A stretch of DNA of 64,000 nt from Escherichia phage SP27. Positions 63,735-64,000 of the stretch are shown piece after piece. The stretch lies in sequence record LC494302.1; one strand, written 5' to 3'. The notes beneath the pieces were generated by a model. That model was given only the letters and a program-made list of their open reading frames with translations. It searched no databases and had not been told where the DNA came from. Within the stretch, counting starts at the first letter, position 1, and each line of letters opens with the position of its first letter. The translations under genes were made by a program, and so were the position numbers.

Positions 63735-64000
63735 ATGATGGCATTTATTAGAAAAGAAAAAACTGTTACTTATAAAACTTTGAATTTTGATGATTGCATT
63801 AATCAATCACAAGACGAAGATATCTTTACTGGATATGTGGTTATTAAAGAAAAAGGATGCATTTCTTATATAAAGGAATTGCAAAATGGAATTGAAGTGA
63901 CTTCAGTTAAATTACTTCCTACTCAAAAACCAACAATATCAAAAGCCCAGTATGGTAATTATTTTGAAGAAAGATATAGTAATAATTCAATAAGTGTTAA
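63735..64000 (+). CDS. hypothetical protein (partial, runs past window end)
   Basis: Not in track (no stop in window); ATGATG at 63735/63738 after AGGA; open for 88 codons: MMAFIRKEKTVTYKTLNFDDCINQSQDEDIF... Confidence 0.65.
   Translation, partial: MMAFIRKEKTVTYKTLNFDDCINQSQDEDIFTGYVVIKEKGCISYIKELQNGIEVTSVKLLPTQKPTISKAQYGNYFEERYSNNSISV

Noticed and set aside
1-64000. tRNA, rRNA or tmRNA genes
   Set aside because: I scanned by eye for GTTCRANYC T-loops with flanking 5-bp stems and for D-loop AGYTGGTA-type words, especially in the ORF-free regions (4549-6470, 25599-25847, 63123-63734). Candidates such as AGTTGGTTAG at about 5020 lack an acceptor stem and T-arm. A covariance-model scan would be needed to be sure.
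1-64000. Mobile elements, an integrase/prophage junction, or DGR/retron machinery as explanations of the repeats and diversification
   Set aside because: I could recognise no transposase, integrase, reverse transcriptase or terminal inverted repeats with target duplications. The repeated modules are promoter/terminator cassettes, and variation between paralogs is spread over whole proteins rather than confined to a template/variable repeat pair.

Overview
The window reads as a gene-dense, almost entirely + strand segment of a large virulent phage of a Gram-negative, probably enteric, host. The basis is dozens of sigma70-type TTGACA/TTGCAA-N16-17-TATAAT promoters, AGGAG-type SDs, many tiny ORFs, and no integrase, transposase, tRNA or rRNA that I can recognise. 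It has five parts. (1) 149-4548 holds a tandem array of about 19 mini-genes of roughly 60 codons (Fam-A: N-terminal KEYY, C-terminal LIYRY or LKLI). (2) 4549-6470 is an ORF-free hub full of iterated words, hairpins and small promoter-driven units. (3) 6470-25600 is an early-type region of about 55 small genes. They sit in short operons, and about two dozen near-identical promoter plus 5' hairpin cassettes drive them. The region also carries 11 short noncoding units that share a CCCAYMGGGTGC core. Only three products are recognisable: a TraR/DksA zinc-finger protein, a small GNAT-like acetyltransferase and a protein-kinase-like protein. (4) 25848-31617 holds 26 consecutive paralogs of about 70 codons (Fam-B, LGTNYQE motif). 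(5) 31607-59507 holds about 50 consecutive diverged paralogs of 100-210 codons (Fam-C). They share the core acidic-[YLF]-F-Q-x-S-[LT]-[VI]-[YH]-D, and stray Fam-B and Fam-C copies are interleaved across the window. The three expanded families fill roughly 60 percent of the window, match nothing I recognise, and are the main candidate for an undescribed system. A second window-wide signal is strong over-representation of the palindrome AGTACT (often CAGTACTG or TTCAGTACTGAA) in coding and noncoding DNA. All coordinates and translations were worked out by hand from the sequence and the ORF track. Start codons are less certain than stops.
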